The translations under genes and the position numbers were made by a program. 64,000 bases of DNA from Escherichia coli (GTDB lineage Bacteria; Pseudomonadota; Gammaproteobacteria; Enterobacterales; Enterobacteriaceae): the NCBI RefSeq assembly GCF_013315695.1, contig NZ_CP054353.1. One strand, written 5' to 3'. The notes beneath the pieces are model-generated. The model was not told the origin of the DNA. It ran no database searches and saw only the letters and a program-made list of their open reading frames with translations. Position 1 is the stretch's first letter; each line of letters opens with the position of its first letter. Below, piece by piece: positions 45,079 to 59,228 of the stretch.

Positions 45079-45337
45079 TATTGGACGCTTGTTAATGCTC
45101 TGCGTATGGGGATTTTTAATCCTTAATATTTTTCAGCCCTTCCCACGCCCGCTGAATATTTTCGTTAATGTGGCGCTGATTTTTACCGTGCTGATGCATG
45201 GTATGCAACTGGCGCTATTGCAATCGACCTTACCAAAAGATGGCCCGCAGATGACGACCGCCGAAAAGGTGCGTATTTTCCTTTTCGGCGTGTTTGAACT
45301 GTTAATCTGGCAGAAGAAATTTAAAGTTAAAAAATAG
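45068..45337 (+). CDS. yhhL: Small inner-membrane protein (DUF1145)
   Basis: ATG at 45068 gives 89 aa MLINIGRLLMLCVWGFLILNIF...; overlaps the rsmD 3' end by 11 nt. Confidence 0.85.
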   Translation: MLINIGRLLMLCVWGFLILNIFQPFPRPLNIFVNVALIFTVLMHGMQLALLQSTLPKDGPQMTTAEKVRIFLFGVFELLIWQKKFKVKK

Positions 45338-45339
45338 CG

Positions 45340-45699
45340 TTATTGCTCACCAACAAAGCTGACAAAGCGCGTTCCTTTATAGCTCAGCGTACCTTTCTCC
45401 CCCACCGTCAGGGCGTGGTACTGCTGAGCATCAAGGCGGAAGGTCTGCTCCAGCCCGCCGCTTTGCGGTTTGAAACTTGCCTCATAGCGCATGCTGGTTC
45501 CAGCCGGAGTGACCTCCTGCTGACGCGAACGGCGATCGTTAATCGGTTTTTCCCGCTTGTTGCTCACCACCACCAGCTTTTGCTGGAGCGGAGCCATATC
45601 ATTATCAGCTTTTTCCCGTCGCTGCTGCATAAAGCGAAACGATGCAGCGACAATAATTAAGCCAATGATAACAATAAAGAAAAGAGGTGGTTTACTCAT
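45340..45699 (-). CDS. yhhM: DUF2500-family protein with N-terminal membrane anchor
   Basis: 119-aa ORF MSKPPLFFIVIIGLIIVAASFRF... Confidence 0.85.
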   Translation of the reverse strand: MSKPPLFFIVIIGLIIVAASFRFMQQRREKADNDMAPLQQKLVVVSNKREKPINDRRSRQQEVTPAGTSMRYEASFKPQSGGLEQTFRLDAQQYHALTVGEKGTLSYKGTRFVSFVGEQ

Positions 45700-45839
45700 C
45701 GTTATCCCTCATCGGAAAATGAGGAAATAAGCATACCCTGCCAGTTATGGTGTTGTCATCCGTCCACCCTCGCCACTAAACTGGAGGCAAGACCGTAAGC
45801 ATTCCGCTTACGAAAAAATAACGAATTCAAGGAACTAAG

Positions 45840-46466
45840 ATGCTTTGGTCGTTTATCGCTGTCTGTCTTTCCGCATGGCTATCTGTGGATGCATCGTATC
45901 GTGGGCCAACCTGGCAACGCTGGGTGTTTAAACCGTTAACCCTTCTTCTCCTGCTGTTGCTGGCCTGGCAAGCGCCGATGTTCGACGCCATTAGCTATCT
46001 GGTGCTGGCGGGGCTGTGTGCCTCACTGCTGGGCGATGCGCTAACCCTGTTGCCACGTCAACGTCTGATGTACGCCATCGGCGCGTTTTTCCTCTCGCAC
46101 CTGCTGTACACCATCTATTTCGCCAGTCAGATGACGCTCTCCTTCTTCTGGCCTCTGCCGTTGGTGCTGTTGGTTCTGGGCGCGCTGTTACTGGCGATTA
46201 TCTGGACGCGTCTGGAAGAGTATCGTTGGCCTATCTGCACGTTTATCGGCATGACGCTGGTGATGGTGTGGCTGGCAGGTGAACTGTGGTTCTTCCGTCC
46301 GACCGCTCCGGCACTCTCTGCGTTTGTCGGCGCTTCGTTGCTGTTTATCAGTAACTTTGTCTGGCTGGGTAGTCACTATCGCCGACGCTTCCGTGCGGAC
46401 AACGCGATTGCTGCGGCCTGCTACTTTGCTGGTCACTTCCTCATCGTCCGCTCGCTGTATCTCTGA
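45840..46466 (+). CDS. yhhN: YhhN-family (TMEM86-like) integral membrane protein
   Basis: 208-aa polytopic membrane ORF. Confidence 0.88.
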
Positions 46467-46475
46467 TAAAACTTG

Positions 46476-46497
46476 ACTCTGGAGTCGACTCCAGAGT
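46476..46497 (+). promoter_or_regulatory. ZntR (MerR-family) operator within the zntA promoter
   Basis: Perfect 22-bp palindrome ACTCTGGAGTCGACTCCAGAGT between a TTGACT -35-like hexamer and a TATCCT -10-like hexamer, the long-spacer layout of MerR-type promoters. Confidence 0.75.
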
Positions 46498-46539
46498 GTA
46501 TCCTTCGGTTAATGAGAAAAAACTTAACCGGAGGATGCC

Positions 46540-48738
46540 ATGTCGACTCCTGACAATCACGGCAAGAAAGCCCCTCAATTTGCTGCGTTCAAACCGCTAA
46601 CCACGGTACAGAACGCCAACGACTGTTGCTGCGACGGCGCATGTTCCAGCACGCCAACGCTCTCTGAAAACGTCTCCGGCACCCGCTATAGCTGGAAAGT
46701 CAGCGGCATGGACTGCGCCGCCTGTGCGCGCAAGGTAGAAAATGCCGTGCGCCAGCTTGCAGGCGTGAATCAGGTGCAGGTGTTGTTCGCCACCGAAAAA
46801 TTGGTAGTCGATGCCGACAATGACATCCGTGCCCAGGTTGAATCTGCGGTGCAAAAAGCGGGCTATTCCCTGCGCGATGAACAGACCACCGACGAACCAC
46901 AAGCATCACGCCTGAAAGAGAATCTGCCGCTGATTACGCTAATCGTGATGATGGCAATCAGCTGGGGTCTGGAGCAGTTCAATCATCCGTTCGGGCAACT
47001 GGCGTTTATCGCGACCACGCTGGTTGGGCTGTACCCGATTGCTCGTCAGGCATTACGGCTGATCAAATCTGGCAGCTACTTCGCCATTGAAACCTTAATG
47101 AGCATAGCCGCTATTGGGGCGCTGTTTATTGGCGCAACGGCTGAAGCTGCGATGGTGTTGCTGCTGTTTTTGATTGGTGAACGACTGGAAGGCTGGGCCG
47201 CCAGCCGCGCGCGTCAGGGCGTTAGCGCGTTAATGGCGCTGAAACCAGAAACCGCCACGCGCCTGCGTAACGGTGAGCGTGAAGAGGTGGCGATTAACAG
47301 CCTGCGACCTGGCGATGTGATTGAAGTCGCCGCAGGTGGGCGTTTGCCTGCCGACGGTAAACTGCTCTCACCGTTTGCCAGTTTTGATGAAAGCGCCCTG
47401 ACCGGAGAATCCATTCCTGTGGAGCGCGCGACGGGCGATAAAGTTCCTGCAGGCGCCACCAGCGTAGACCGTCTGGTAACGCTGGAAGTGCTGTCAGAAC
47501 CGGGTGCCAGCGCCATTGACCGGATTCTGAAACTGATCGAAGAAGCCGAAGAGCGTCGCGCCCCCATTGAGCGGTTTATCGACCGTTTCAGCCGTATCTA
47601 CACGCCAGCGATTATGGCCGTCGCCCTGCTGGTAACGCTGGTGCCGCCGCTGCTGTTTGCCGCCAGCTGGCAGGAGTGGATTTATAAAGGGCTGACGCTG
47701 CTGCTGATTGGTTGCCCGTGTGCGTTAGTTATCTCCACGCCCGCGGCGATTACCTCCGGGCTGGCGGCAGCAGCGCGTCGTGGGGCGTTGATTAAAGGCG
47801 GCGCGGCGCTGGAGCAGCTGGGTCGTGTTACCCAGGTGGCGTTTGATAAAACCGGTACGCTGACCGTCGGTAAACCGCGCGTTACCGCGATTCATCCGGC
47901 AACGGGTATTAGTGAATCTGAACTGCTGACACTGGCGGCGGCGGTCGAGCAAGGCGCGACGCATCCACTGGCACAAGCCATAGTGCGCGAAGCACAGGTT
48001 GCTGAACTCGCCATTCCCACCGCCCAATCACAGCGGGCGCTGGTCGGGTCTGGCATTGAAGCGCAGGTTAACGGTGAGCGCGTGTTGATATGCGCTGCCG
48101 GAAAACATCCTGCTGATGCATTTGCTGGTTTGATTAATGAACTGGAAAGCGCCGGGCAAACGGTAGTGCTGGTAGTACGTAATGATGACGTGCTGGGTGT
48201 CATTGCGTTGCAGGATACCCTGCGCGCCGATGCTGCAACTGCTATCAGTGAACTGAACGCGCTGGGCGTCAAAGGGGTGATCCTCACCGGCGATAATCCA
48301 CGCGCCGCGGCGGCAATTGCCGGGGAGCTGGGGCTGGAATTTAAAGCGGGCCTATTGCCGGAAGATAAAGTCAAAGCGGTGACCGAGCTGAATCAACATG
48401 CGCCGCTGGCGATGGTCGGTGATGGTATTAACGACGCGCCAGCGATGAAAGCCGCCACCATTGGGATTGCAATGGGCAGTGGCACAGACGTGGCGCTGGA
48501 AACCGCCGATGCAGCATTAACCCATAACCACCTGCGCGGCCTGGTGCAGATGATTGAACTGGCACGCGCCACTCACGCCAATATCCGCCAGAACATCACC
48601 ATTGCGCTGGGGCTGAAAGGCGTTTTCCTCGTCACCACACTGTTAGGAATGACCGGGCTATGGCTGGCGGTGCTGGCAGATACGGGTGCGACGGTGCTGG
48701 TGACAGCGAATGCGTTAAGATTGTTGCGCAGGAGATAA
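46540..48738 (+). CDS. zntA: Zn(II)/Cd(II)/Pb(II)-exporting P-type ATPase
   Basis: 732-aa ORF; N-terminal GMDCAACARKVE metal-binding motif, CPC motif GCPCALVISTP, phosphorylation site DKTGTLT. Confidence 0.97.
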   Translation: MSTPDNHGKKAPQFAAFKPLTTVQNANDCCCDGACSSTPTLSENVSGTRYSWKVSGMDCAACARKVENAVRQLAGVNQVQVLFATEKLVVDADNDIRAQVESAVQKAGYSLRDEQTTDEPQASRLKENLPLITLIVMMAISWGLEQFNHPFGQLAFIATTLVGLYPIARQALRLIKSGSYFAIETLMSIAAIGALFIGATAEAAMVLLLFLIGERLEGWAASRARQGVSALMALKPETATRLRNGEREEVAINSLRPGDVIEVAAGGRLPADGKLLSPFASFDESALTGESIPVERATGDKVPAGATSVDRLVTLEVLSEPGASAIDRILKLIEEAEERRAPIERFIDRFSRIYTPAIMAVALLVTLVPPLLFAASWQEWIYKGLTLLLIGCPCALVISTPAAITSGLAAAARRGALIKGGAALEQLGRVTQVAFDKTGTLTVGKPRVTAIHPATGISESELLTLAAAVEQGATHPLAQAIVREAQVAELAIPTAQSQRALVGSGIEAQVNGERVLICAAGKHPADAFAGLINELESAGQTVVLVVRNDDVLGVIALQDTLRADAATAISELNALGVKGVILTGDNPRAAAAIAGELGLEFKAGLLPEDKVKAVTELNQHAPLAMVGDGINDAPAMKAATIGIAMGSGTDVALETADAALTHNHLRGLVQMIELARATHANIRQNITIALGLKGVFLVTTLLGMTGLWLAVLADTGATVLVTANALRLLRRR

Positions 48739-48839
48739 GGCAAACCGATCGCAACATTGAGCGCGATCGGTCCCCTCGCTCCTCTGGGGAGAGGGTTAGG
48801 GTGAGGGGAAAAGGCGGCATCGAAGCCAATCTTTCCCCA

Positions 48840-49085
48840 TCAACCGCCTTTGCGAATCAAATAACGATAAGGCAGTCCATCCGTCTCTTTCGCAACCAGT
48901 TCGTGTTCCATAAAGGTACAAAACCCAGGAATATCGCGTGTCGTCGCCGGATCGTCAGCAATAATCAGCAACGTTTCACCTGGCTGCATATTGCGCACTG
49001 TTTTGCGCACCATCATTACTGGTTCCGGGCAGCGCAGGCCAAGTGCGTCGAGTGTGTGGTCAGGGCTGGAAAAGAGATCGGTCAT
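48840..49085 (-). CDS. tusA: Sulfur-carrier protein (2-thiouridine tRNA modification)
   Basis: 81-aa ORF with the [17 protein letters not shown] motif. Confidence 0.95.
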
Positions 49086-49305
49086 TTTCTTCTCATCACA
49101 TAAAAAAACGGCGCTAGTTTACGCCCTGTGAGTCCGTAAGCAAACCAGGTTAACGATTGCGTGAAAATTAACCATTGCATTGTCAACGTAAAGCAGTATC
49201 ATGCGGCGGCTCGAAAAAAGGGTCAGCACGTTATTATGTTAAGGTAACAGACGTGTCGTACGTATTGGGTTCCCTCACCCCAATGGTTAATCAAAAAGGT
49301 ACAAT

Positions 49306-49971
49306 ATGAACGTTTTCTCGCAAACGCAACGCTATAAGGCGTTGTTCTGGTTATCGTTATTTCATCTTCTGGTGATCACCTCCAGTAACTATCTGGTTCA
49401 GCTTCCCGTCTCCATTTTTGGTTTCCATACCACCTGGGGCGCGTTTAGCTTTCCGTTTATTTTCCTTGCTACCGACCTGACTGTGCGTATTTTTGGCGCA
49501 CCGCTGGCTCGTCGCATCATCTTTGCGGTAATGATCCCCGCATTGCTGATCTCCTACGTCATCTCATCGCTGTTTTATATGGGGTCATGGCAAGGATTCG
49601 GCGCGCTCGCCCACTTCAACCTGTTTGTCGCCCGTATCGCCACCGCCAGTTTCATGGCCTACGCGCTGGGGCAGATCCTCGACGTGCACGTTTTTAACCG
49701 CCTGCGTCAGAGTCGTCGCTGGTGGCTGGCACCGACGGCTTCCACCCTGTTTGGTAACGTCAGCGACACGCTGGCCTTCTTCTTCATTGCCTTCTGGCGC
49801 AGCCCGGATGCCTTTATGGCTGAACACTGGATGGAAATCGCGCTGGTCGATTACTGTTTCAAAGTGTTAATCAGTATCGTTTTCTTCCTGCCAATGTATG
49901 GCGTATTACTCAATATGCTGTTGAAAAGACTGGCAGATAAATCCGGAATCAACGCTTTGCAGGCGAGTTAA
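49306..49971 (+). CDS. yhhQ: Queuosine-precursor transporter (COG1738 membrane protein)
   Basis: 221-aa polytopic membrane ORF. Confidence 0.9.
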   Translation: MNVFSQTQRYKALFWLSLFHLLVITSSNYLVQLPVSIFGFHTTWGAFSFPFIFLATDLTVRIFGAPLARRIIFAVMIPALLISYVISSLFYMGSWQGFGALAHFNLFVARIATASFMAYALGQILDVHVFNRLRQSRRWWLAPTASTLFGNVSDTLAFFFIAFWRSPDAFMAEHWMEIALVDYCFKVLISIVFFLPMYGVLLNMLLKRLADKSGINALQAS

Positions 49972-50043
49972 AGGTTCGTTATCAGAGTTGTGATAAGATG
50001 GATGAATGAGCCGTTATGGCCGTTTATCGAAAGGAAGAAGTCA

Positions 50044-50601
50044 ATGCGCAATCTGGTTAAATATGTCGGAATTGGCCTGCTGGTTATGGGGCTTGCGGCC
50101 TGTGATGATAAAGACACTAACGCTACGGCGCAGGGTTCGGTCGCGGAAAGTAACGCTACCGGGAATCCCGTCAACCTGCTTGATGGCAAGTTAAGTTTCT
50201 CGCTGCCAGCGGATATGACCGACCAGAGCGGTAAGCTGGGAACGCAGGCTAATAACATGCATGTCTGGTCCGACGCCACCGGGCAAAAAGCAGTCATCGT
50301 CATCATGGGCGATGATCCGAAAGAAGATCTGGCGGTGCTGGCGAAGCGCCTGGAAGATCAGCAACGTAGCCGCGATCCGCAGCTGCAAGTGGTAACCAAT
50401 AAAGCCATTGAGCTGAAAGGTCACAAAATGCAGCAGTTAGACAGCATTATCTCCGCGAAAGGCCAGACGGCGTACTCTTCCGTTATTCTGGGTAACGTGG
50501 GTAATCAACTGCTGACCATGCAAATTACGCTGCCCGCTGACGATCAGCAAAAAGCACAGACCACCGCAGAAAACATCATTAATACGCTGGTTATTCAGTA
50601 A
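50044..50601 (+). CDS. dcrB: Periplasmic lipoprotein DcrB
   Basis: ATG at 50044 gives 185 aa with lipobox [20 protein letters not shown]; ORF track starts 18 codons upstream. Confidence 0.9.
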
Positions 50602-50604
50602 GTT

Positions 50605-51822
50605 TTAAGATGATGAGATGGCCTCAGGTACTTCCACCGGAGGCCGTTTTTTTAATCGCCACGTCAGTAATAACGCGATTGCGACCAGTCCCGCCGCCGC
50701 CAGATAAATCACCGGGACGCCCGCCCAACTCATCACCAGCCCAGCCAGTGGTCCGGTCACGCCAAGCGATAAATCCATAAATACGGTGTAAGTTGCCAGC
50801 GCCGCCCCCTGATTTTGCTGCGGAACCGCTTTTACCGCCACTACGCCCAATGCCGGGAACACCAGCGAAAACCCCGCCCCCGCGAGTAAGACGCCGATTT
50901 TCGCCATCCACGGCATAGTCGCCACGCCAACCAGTAGCAGGCCGATTATCTCAACGCTAAAGCAAATCATCGCCACGTTTAAGCCGCCGATACGGTTAAT
51001 GCCGTTAGGAAATAACAAACGCGTACCGACAAACGCACAGCTAAACAGCGTCAGCGCGAAAGCCGCACCGTCCCAACCTTTAGCGTCATAAAACAGCGTG
51101 ATAAAGGTGGCGATAACGCCAAATCCGGCGGAAGCCAGTGCCAGCGCCATACCGTACAGCCAGACGCGCCCAAGCACCGCACGAAACGGCAGCGGTTTGC
51201 CTTTACTGGCTTTTACCGTCGGACGCGGGATCGCCAACAAAATGGCCACCAGCGCCACGCCCATAATGATTAACGCTAACGCCTGCAATCCGCCCCAGTG
51301 ATAAAACACGACACCTAACGGCGCACCCATCGCCATCGCCCCGTAAGTGACAATACCGTTCCACGAAATCACCCGCCCGATATGTAGCGAACCAACCACG
51401 CCAACACCCCACAGGGTCGATCCCGTTCCGGCAAAACTTTGCCCAATCCCAAGGATTACGCGCCCCAGGCACAGTAATAACAGGCTGATGACGGGCAGAC
51501 TGGCGGTTAATCCCGCCGTCAGATATCCCAGACCGCTCAAAAAGCAGCCGCATAAACCGAAGACGACAATCTTTTTGGGTCCCAGCAAATCGGCGTAACG
51601 TCCGGCATGAGGACGGCTCAGCAAGGTGGCGAAATATTGCAGGCTGATAACCAACCCTGCCCAGAAGGCACTAAATCCCATCACATCATGGACATAGCCC
51701 GGTAATACAGCGAGCGGCAACCCGATGGTGAGGTAGCTGGCGAAGTTAAACATGACAATGGAGACAATGCGCAAATTCAGGCGCAATCCGTTTAGCGCGG
51801 GTTCGGCTACGGGTTCGGGCAT
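50605..51822 (-). CDS. yhhS: MFS transporter
   Basis: ATG at 51822 gives 405 aa MPEPVAEPALNGLRLNLRIVSIV...; 12-TM-like. Confidence 0.9.
   Translation of the reverse strand: MPEPVAEPALNGLRLNLRIVSIVMFNFASYLTIGLPLAVLPGYVHDVMGFSAFWAGLVISLQYFATLLSRPHAGRYADLLGPKKIVVFGLCGCFLSGLGYLTAGLTASLPVISLLLLCLGRVILGIGQSFAGTGSTLWGVGVVGSLHIGRVISWNGIVTYGAMAMGAPLGVVFYHWGGLQALALIIMGVALVAILLAIPRPTVKASKGKPLPFRAVLGRVWLYGMALALASAGFGVIATFITLFYDAKGWDGAAFALTLFSCAFVGTRLLFPNGINRIGGLNVAMICFSVEIIGLLLVGVATMPWMAKIGVLLAGAGFSLVFPALGVVAVKAVPQQNQGAALATYTVFMDLSLGVTGPLAGLVMSWAGVPVIYLAAAGLVAIALLLTWRLKKRPPVEVPEAISSS
50620..50653 (+). terminator. Rho-independent terminator of dcrB
   Basis: GGCCTCAGG ... CCGGAGGCC hairpin followed by GTTTTTTT; lies inside the 3' end of convergent yhhS. 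Confidence 0.6.
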
Positions 51823-51953
51823 GAGGATCACCACATTTTTACAACAGTGTTTCATTTTTACCACGTGCTGACGTGAAAATCAGCAGTAAGAATCAGAATA
51901 TTGCTGGCGTGACTCCCGCTACACTTAATACAAAAAGTCACAAGGAAGCCCCA

Positions 51954-53003
51954 ATGGAAACCCCTCAACCCGATAAAACGGGCATGCACATTCTGCTCAA
52001 GCTGGCCTCGCTGGTGGTGATCCTCGCGGGAATTCACGCAGCGGCAGATATCATTGTGCAGCTATTACTGGCGCTGTTTTTTGCCATCGTTCTCAACCCG
52101 CTCGTCACCTGGTTTATTCGTCGGGGAGTACAACGCCCCGTTGCCATTACGATTGTGGTTGTGGTGATGCTGATCGCACTCACCGCGCTGGTCGGCGTAC
52201 TGGCGGCATCGTTTAACGAATTTATCTCTATGCTGCCGAAGTTTAATAAGGAGCTGACGCGCAAACTTTTTAAATTGCAGGAGATGTTGCCTTTTCTTAA
52301 TTTGCATATGTCGCCGGAGCGAATACTGCAGCGGATGGACTCGGAAAAAATGGTTACCTTCACCACGGCGCTAATGACCGGGCTTTCCGGGGCAATGGCG
52401 AGCGTGCTTTTGCTGGTGATGACCGTAGTTTTCATGCTGTTTGAAGTGCGCCACGTCCCTTACAAAATGCGTTTTGCGTTGAATAATCCACAGATTCACA
52501 TCGCCGGACTACACCGCGCCTTAAAAGGTGTTTCGCACTATCTTGCATTGAAGACACTGCTAAGTTTATGGACAGGCGTAATCGTCTGGCTGGGGCTGGC
52601 GCTAATGGGCGTACAGTTTGCGCTGATGTGGGCAGTACTGGCGTTTTTGCTCAACTACGTGCCCAATATCGGCGCGGTAATTTCCGCCGTACCGCCAATG
52701 ATTCAGGTGCTGCTGTTTAATGGCGTTTACGAATGTATTCTGGTCGGCGCATTGTTTTTAGTGGTCCATATGGTCATCGGCAATATTTTAGAACCTCGGA
52801 TGATGGGCCATCGCCTGGGGATGTCCACCATGGTGGTATTTCTTTCATTGTTAATTTGGGGATGGCTGCTCGGCCCGGTAGGGATGCTACTTTCGGTGCC
52901 ATTAACCAGCGTGTGTAAAATCTGGATGGAAACCACCAAAGGCGGTAGCAAACTGGCGATTTTACTGGGGCCAGGCAGACCGAAAAGTCGGTTACCGGGA
53001 TGA
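51954..53003 (+). CDS. yhhT: AI-2E/PerM-family membrane transporter
   Basis: ATG at 51954 gives 349 aa METPQPDKTGMHILLKLASL...; ORF track starts 27 codons upstream. Confidence 0.9.
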   Translation: METPQPDKTGMHILLKLASLVVILAGIHAAADIIVQLLLALFFAIVLNPLVTWFIRRGVQRPVAITIVVVVMLIALTALVGVLAASFNEFISMLPKFNKELTRKLFKLQEMLPFLNLHMSPERILQRMDSEKMVTFTTALMTGLSGAMASVLLLVMTVVFMLFEVRHVPYKMRFALNNPQIHIAGLHRALKGVSHYLALKTLLSLWTGVIVWLGLALMGVQFALMWAVLAFLLNYVPNIGAVISAVPPMIQVLLFNGVYECILVGALFLVVHMVIGNILEPRMMGHRLGMSTMVVFLSLLIWGWLLGPVGMLLSVPLTSVCKIWMETTKGGSKLAILLGPGRPKSRLPG

Positions 53004-53057
53004 GGCGACAAGTGATACGATACGCACTTTCATTTTCCATTAAACGTTGGCCCTGAT

Positions 53058-53645
53058 ATGTATCGGATAGTTCTGGGGAAAGTTTCGACCTTAAGCGCAG
53101 CTCCTCTGCCACCGGGTTTACGCGAGCAAGCACCGCAAGGTCCACGACGCGAACGCTGGCTGGCGGGGCGTGCATTGCTTTCGCACACGCTTTCCCCGCT
53201 ACCGGAGATCATCTATGGCGAACAAGGCAAACCTGCATTCGCGCCGGAAACGCCGCTATGGTTCAACTTAAGCCATAGCGGTGACGATATCGCCCTGCTG
53301 TTGAGCGATGAAGGCGAAGTCGGCTGCGATATCGAAGTGATTCGCCCGCGCGCCAACTGGCGCTGGCTGGCGAACGCCGTATTCAGCCTTGGGGAACATG
53401 CCGAGATGGACGCCGTGCATCCTGATCAGCAACTGGAAATGTTCTGGCGCATCTGGACGCGCAAAGAAGCCATCGTTAAACAGCGTGGCGGCAGCGCCTG
53501 GCAAATCGTCAGCGTAGACAGCACCTATAACTCCTCGCTGTCAGTCAGCCATTGTCAGCTAGAAAATTTAAGCCTGGCGATCTGCACCCCTACCCCCTTT
53601 ACGCTCACCGCCGACAGTGTGCAATGGATCGATTCAGTTAACTGA
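53058..53645 (+). CDS. acpT: 4'-phosphopantetheinyl transferase
   Basis: 195-aa ORF with PPTase-like core (WFNLSHSGDDIALLLS, VGCDIEVIRPR). Confidence 0.9.
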   Translation: MYRIVLGKVSTLSAAPLPPGLREQAPQGPRRERWLAGRALLSHTLSPLPEIIYGEQGKPAFAPETPLWFNLSHSGDDIALLLSDEGEVGCDIEVIRPRANWRWLANAVFSLGEHAEMDAVHPDQQLEMFWRIWTRKEAIVKQRGGSAWQIVSVDSTYNSSLSVSHCQLENLSLAICTPTPFTLTADSVQWIDSVN

Positions 53646-53690
53646 TCCGCCCACCCGACTGCCCATCTATTGATCCAGAACAGGTAATCA

Positions 53691-53718
53691 GTATGACGAA
53701 TACTTAAAATCGTCATAC
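53691..53718 (+). promoter_or_regulatory. NikR operator in the nikA promoter
   Basis: GTATGA-N16-TCATAC dyad (GTATGACGAATACTTAAAATCGTCATAC), the known NikR site architecture, about 40 nt upstream of nikA. Confidence 0.8.
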
Positions 53719-53755
53719 TTATTTCCGCCATCTATTTTAATCCATTGGGGTTACC

Positions 53756-55330
53756 ATGTTCTCTACACTCCGCCGCACTCTATTTGCGCTGCTGGCTTGT
53801 GCGTCTTTTATCGTCCATGCCGCTGCACCAGATGAAATCACCACCGCCTGGCCGGTGAATGTCGGGCCACTAAACCCGCACCTTTACACGCCTAACCAAA
53901 TGTTCGCCCAGAGCATGGTTTATGAACCACTGGTGAAATATCAGGCAGACGGTTCGGTGATCCCGTGGCTGGCAAAAAGCTGGACCCATTCAGAAGATGG
54001 CAAAACCTGGACCTTCACCCTGCGTGATGATGTGAAATTCTCTAACGGTGAACCGTTTGATGCAGAGGCCGCGGCAGAAAACTTCCGCGCTGTGCTCGAC
54101 AACCGTCAACGTCACGCCTGGCTGGAGCTGGCAAACCAGATTGTTGATGTCAAAGCTCTCAGTAAAACCGAGCTGCAAATCACCCTGAAAAGCGCCTACT
54201 ACCCTTTCCTGCAAGAACTGGCCCTGCCCCGTCCTTTCCGCTTTATCGCCCCCTCGCAGTTTAAAAACCACGAAACCATGAACGGAATTAAAGCGCCGAT
54301 TGGCACCGGGCCGTGGGTTTTACAGGAATCGAAACTGAATCAGTACGATGTCTTCGTCCGTAACGAAAACTACTGGGGCGAAAAGCCGGCGATTAAAAAG
54401 ATCACCTTTAACGTGATCCCGGACCCGACTACCCGCGCAGTAGCGTTTGAAACCGGCGATATCGATCTACTATACGGTAATGAAGGGCTATTACCGCTCG
54501 ATACCTTCGCCCGCTTTAGCCAGAACCCGGCTTACCACACCCAACTGTCACAGCCGATCGAAACCGTGATGCTGGCGCTCAATACTGCCAAAGCCCCCAC
54601 CAACGAGCTGGCCGTACGTGAAGCTCTCAATTACGCGGTAAACAAAAAATCGCTGATCGATAACGCGTTGTATGGCACCCAGCAGGTCGCCGACACCCTG
54701 TTTGCCCCTTCCGTGCCCTATGCCAATCTCGGCCTGAAACCGCGCCAGTACGATCCGCAGAAAGCGAAGGCGTTGCTGGAACAAGCAGGCTGGACGCTGC
54801 CCGCAGGCAAAGACATCCGCGAGAAAAATGGTCAGCCGCTGCGCATTGAACTGTCGTTCATCGGCACCGATGCGTTAAGCAAATCAATGGCCGAAATCAT
54901 TCAGGCTGATATGCGCCAGATTGGCGCGGATGTCACGCTGATCGGCGAAGAAGAGAGCAGTATCTATGCTCGTCAGCGCGACGGTCGTTTTGGCATGATT
55001 TTCCACCGTACCTGGGGCGCGCCATACGATCCACACGCCTTCCTGAGTTCAATGCGCGTACCGTCGCACGCTGACTTCCAGGCACAGCAAGGTTTAGCCG
55101 ACAAGCCACTGATTGATAAAGAGATTGGCGAAGTGCTGGCGACACACGACGAAACACAACGTCAGGCACTGTATCGCGACATTCTGACCCGTCTGCATAA
55201 CGAGGCGGTTTATCTGCCCATCAGCTATATCTCAATGATGGTGGTTTCAAAACCGGAACTGGGTAACATCCCCTACGCGCCGATCGCCACCGAAATCCCG
55301 TTCGAACAGATTAAACCGGTGAAACCTTAA
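53756..55330 (+). CDS. nikA: Nickel ABC transporter periplasmic binding protein
   Basis: 524-aa ORF with signal peptide. Confidence 0.95.
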   Translation: MFSTLRRTLFALLACASFIVHAAAPDEITTAWPVNVGPLNPHLYTPNQMFAQSMVYEPLVKYQADGSVIPWLAKSWTHSEDGKTWTFTLRDDVKFSNGEPFDAEAAAENFRAVLDNRQRHAWLELANQIVDVKALSKTELQITLKSAYYPFLQELALPRPFRFIAPSQFKNHETMNGIKAPIGTGPWVLQESKLNQYDVFVRNENYWGEKPAIKKITFNVIPDPTTRAVAFETGDIDLLYGNEGLLPLDTFARFSQNPAYHTQLSQPIETVMLALNTAKAPTNELAVREALNYAVNKKSLIDNALYGTQQVADTLFAPSVPYANLGLKPRQYDPQKAKALLEQAGWTLPAGKDIREKNGQPLRIELSFIGTDALSKSMAEIIQADMRQIGADVTLIGEEESSIYARQRDGRFGMIFHRTWGAPYDPHAFLSSMRVPSHADFQAQQGLADKPLIDKEIGEVLATHDETQRQALYRDILTRLHNEAVYLPISYISMMVVSKPELGNIPYAPIATEIPFEQIKPVKP

Positions 55331-56270
55331 TGTTGCGTTATGTATTACGCCGCTTTCTGCTGCTGATCCCGATGGTGCTCGCCGCCTCGGTGATCATTTT
55401 TCTGATGCTGCGCCTCGGCACCGGCGACCCGGCGCTCGATTATCTGCGTCTGTCTAACCTGCCGCCGACGCCGGAAATGCTGGCTTCTACCCGCACCATG
55501 CTGGGGCTGGATCAGCCGTTGTACGTGCAGTACGGAACCTGGTTGTGGAAAGCGCTGCATCTTGACTTTGGTATCTCATTCGCCAGCCAACGCCCGGTGC
55601 TGGACGATATGCTGACCTTCCTGCCCGCCACGCTGGAGCTGGCGGGTGCGGCGCTGGTATTAATTCTGCTCACTTCCGTGCCGCTCGGCATCTGGGCGGC
55701 GCGCCATCGCGACCGCCTGCCGGATTTCGCCGTGCGTTTTATCGCGTTTCTTGGCGTGTCGATGCCTAACTTCTGGTTGGCGTTTTTACTGGTGATGGCA
55801 TTTTCAGTGTATCTGCAATGGCTGCCCGCGATGGGTTACGGCGGCTGGCAGCACATCATTTTGCCTGCGGTTTCCATCGCTTTTATGTCGCTGGCGATTA
55901 ACGCGCGTCTGCTGCGCGCCAGTATGCTGGACGTCGCCGGTCAGCGTCATGTGACCTGGGCGCGACTGCGCGGCCTGAACGACAAACAGACCGAACGCCG
56001 CCACATCCTGCGCAATGCCTCGCTGCCGATGATCACCGCCGTGGGGATGCACATTGGCGAACTGATTGGCGGGACGATGATTATCGAAAACATCTTTGCC
56101 TGGCCGGGCGTCGGGCGCTATGCGGTGTCGGCGATTTTCAACCGTGACTATCCGGTGATCCAGTGCTTTACGCTGATGATGGTGGTGGTTTTTGTGGTCT
56201 GTAATTTGATTGTCGATTTGCTCAACGCCGCGCTGGACCCGCGTATTCGTCGTCATGAAGGAGCCCACGC

Positions 56271-56274
<4 letters not shown>
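55330..56274 (+). CDS. nikB: Nickel ABC transporter permease
   Basis: 314-aa membrane ORF. Confidence 0.95.
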
Positions 56275-59078
<2,804 letters not shown>

Positions 59079-59228
59079 CACCTACCCACGCGCCGTTATT
59101 TCCTGACGGCGCAGTAAATTCCTGCCAAATATCGACTCACGTCACATTTTTTTGATCACGATTTGGTCCCTCAAAATGTGAGACGCTTCGATCCTCTTTT
59201 TCTCCCGTTCACCTACTATACGCTTGAA

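Noticed and set aside
47892-48374. 160-aa minus-strand ORF inside zntA
   Set aside because: Antisense shadow ORF within a conserved P-type ATPase gene.
49086-49305. preQ1-type riboswitch upstream of yhhQ
   Set aside because: YhhQ-family transporters are riboswitch-controlled in some bacteria, but I cannot see the conserved preQ1 aptamer features by eye; unsupported without a covariance-model scan.
53670-53683. FNR box (TTGAT-N4-ATCAA) upstream of the NikR operator
   Set aside because: Only the left half-site (TTGAT) matches well; the right half (AACAG) matches 3 of 5, too weak to call, although nik is known to be anaerobically induced.
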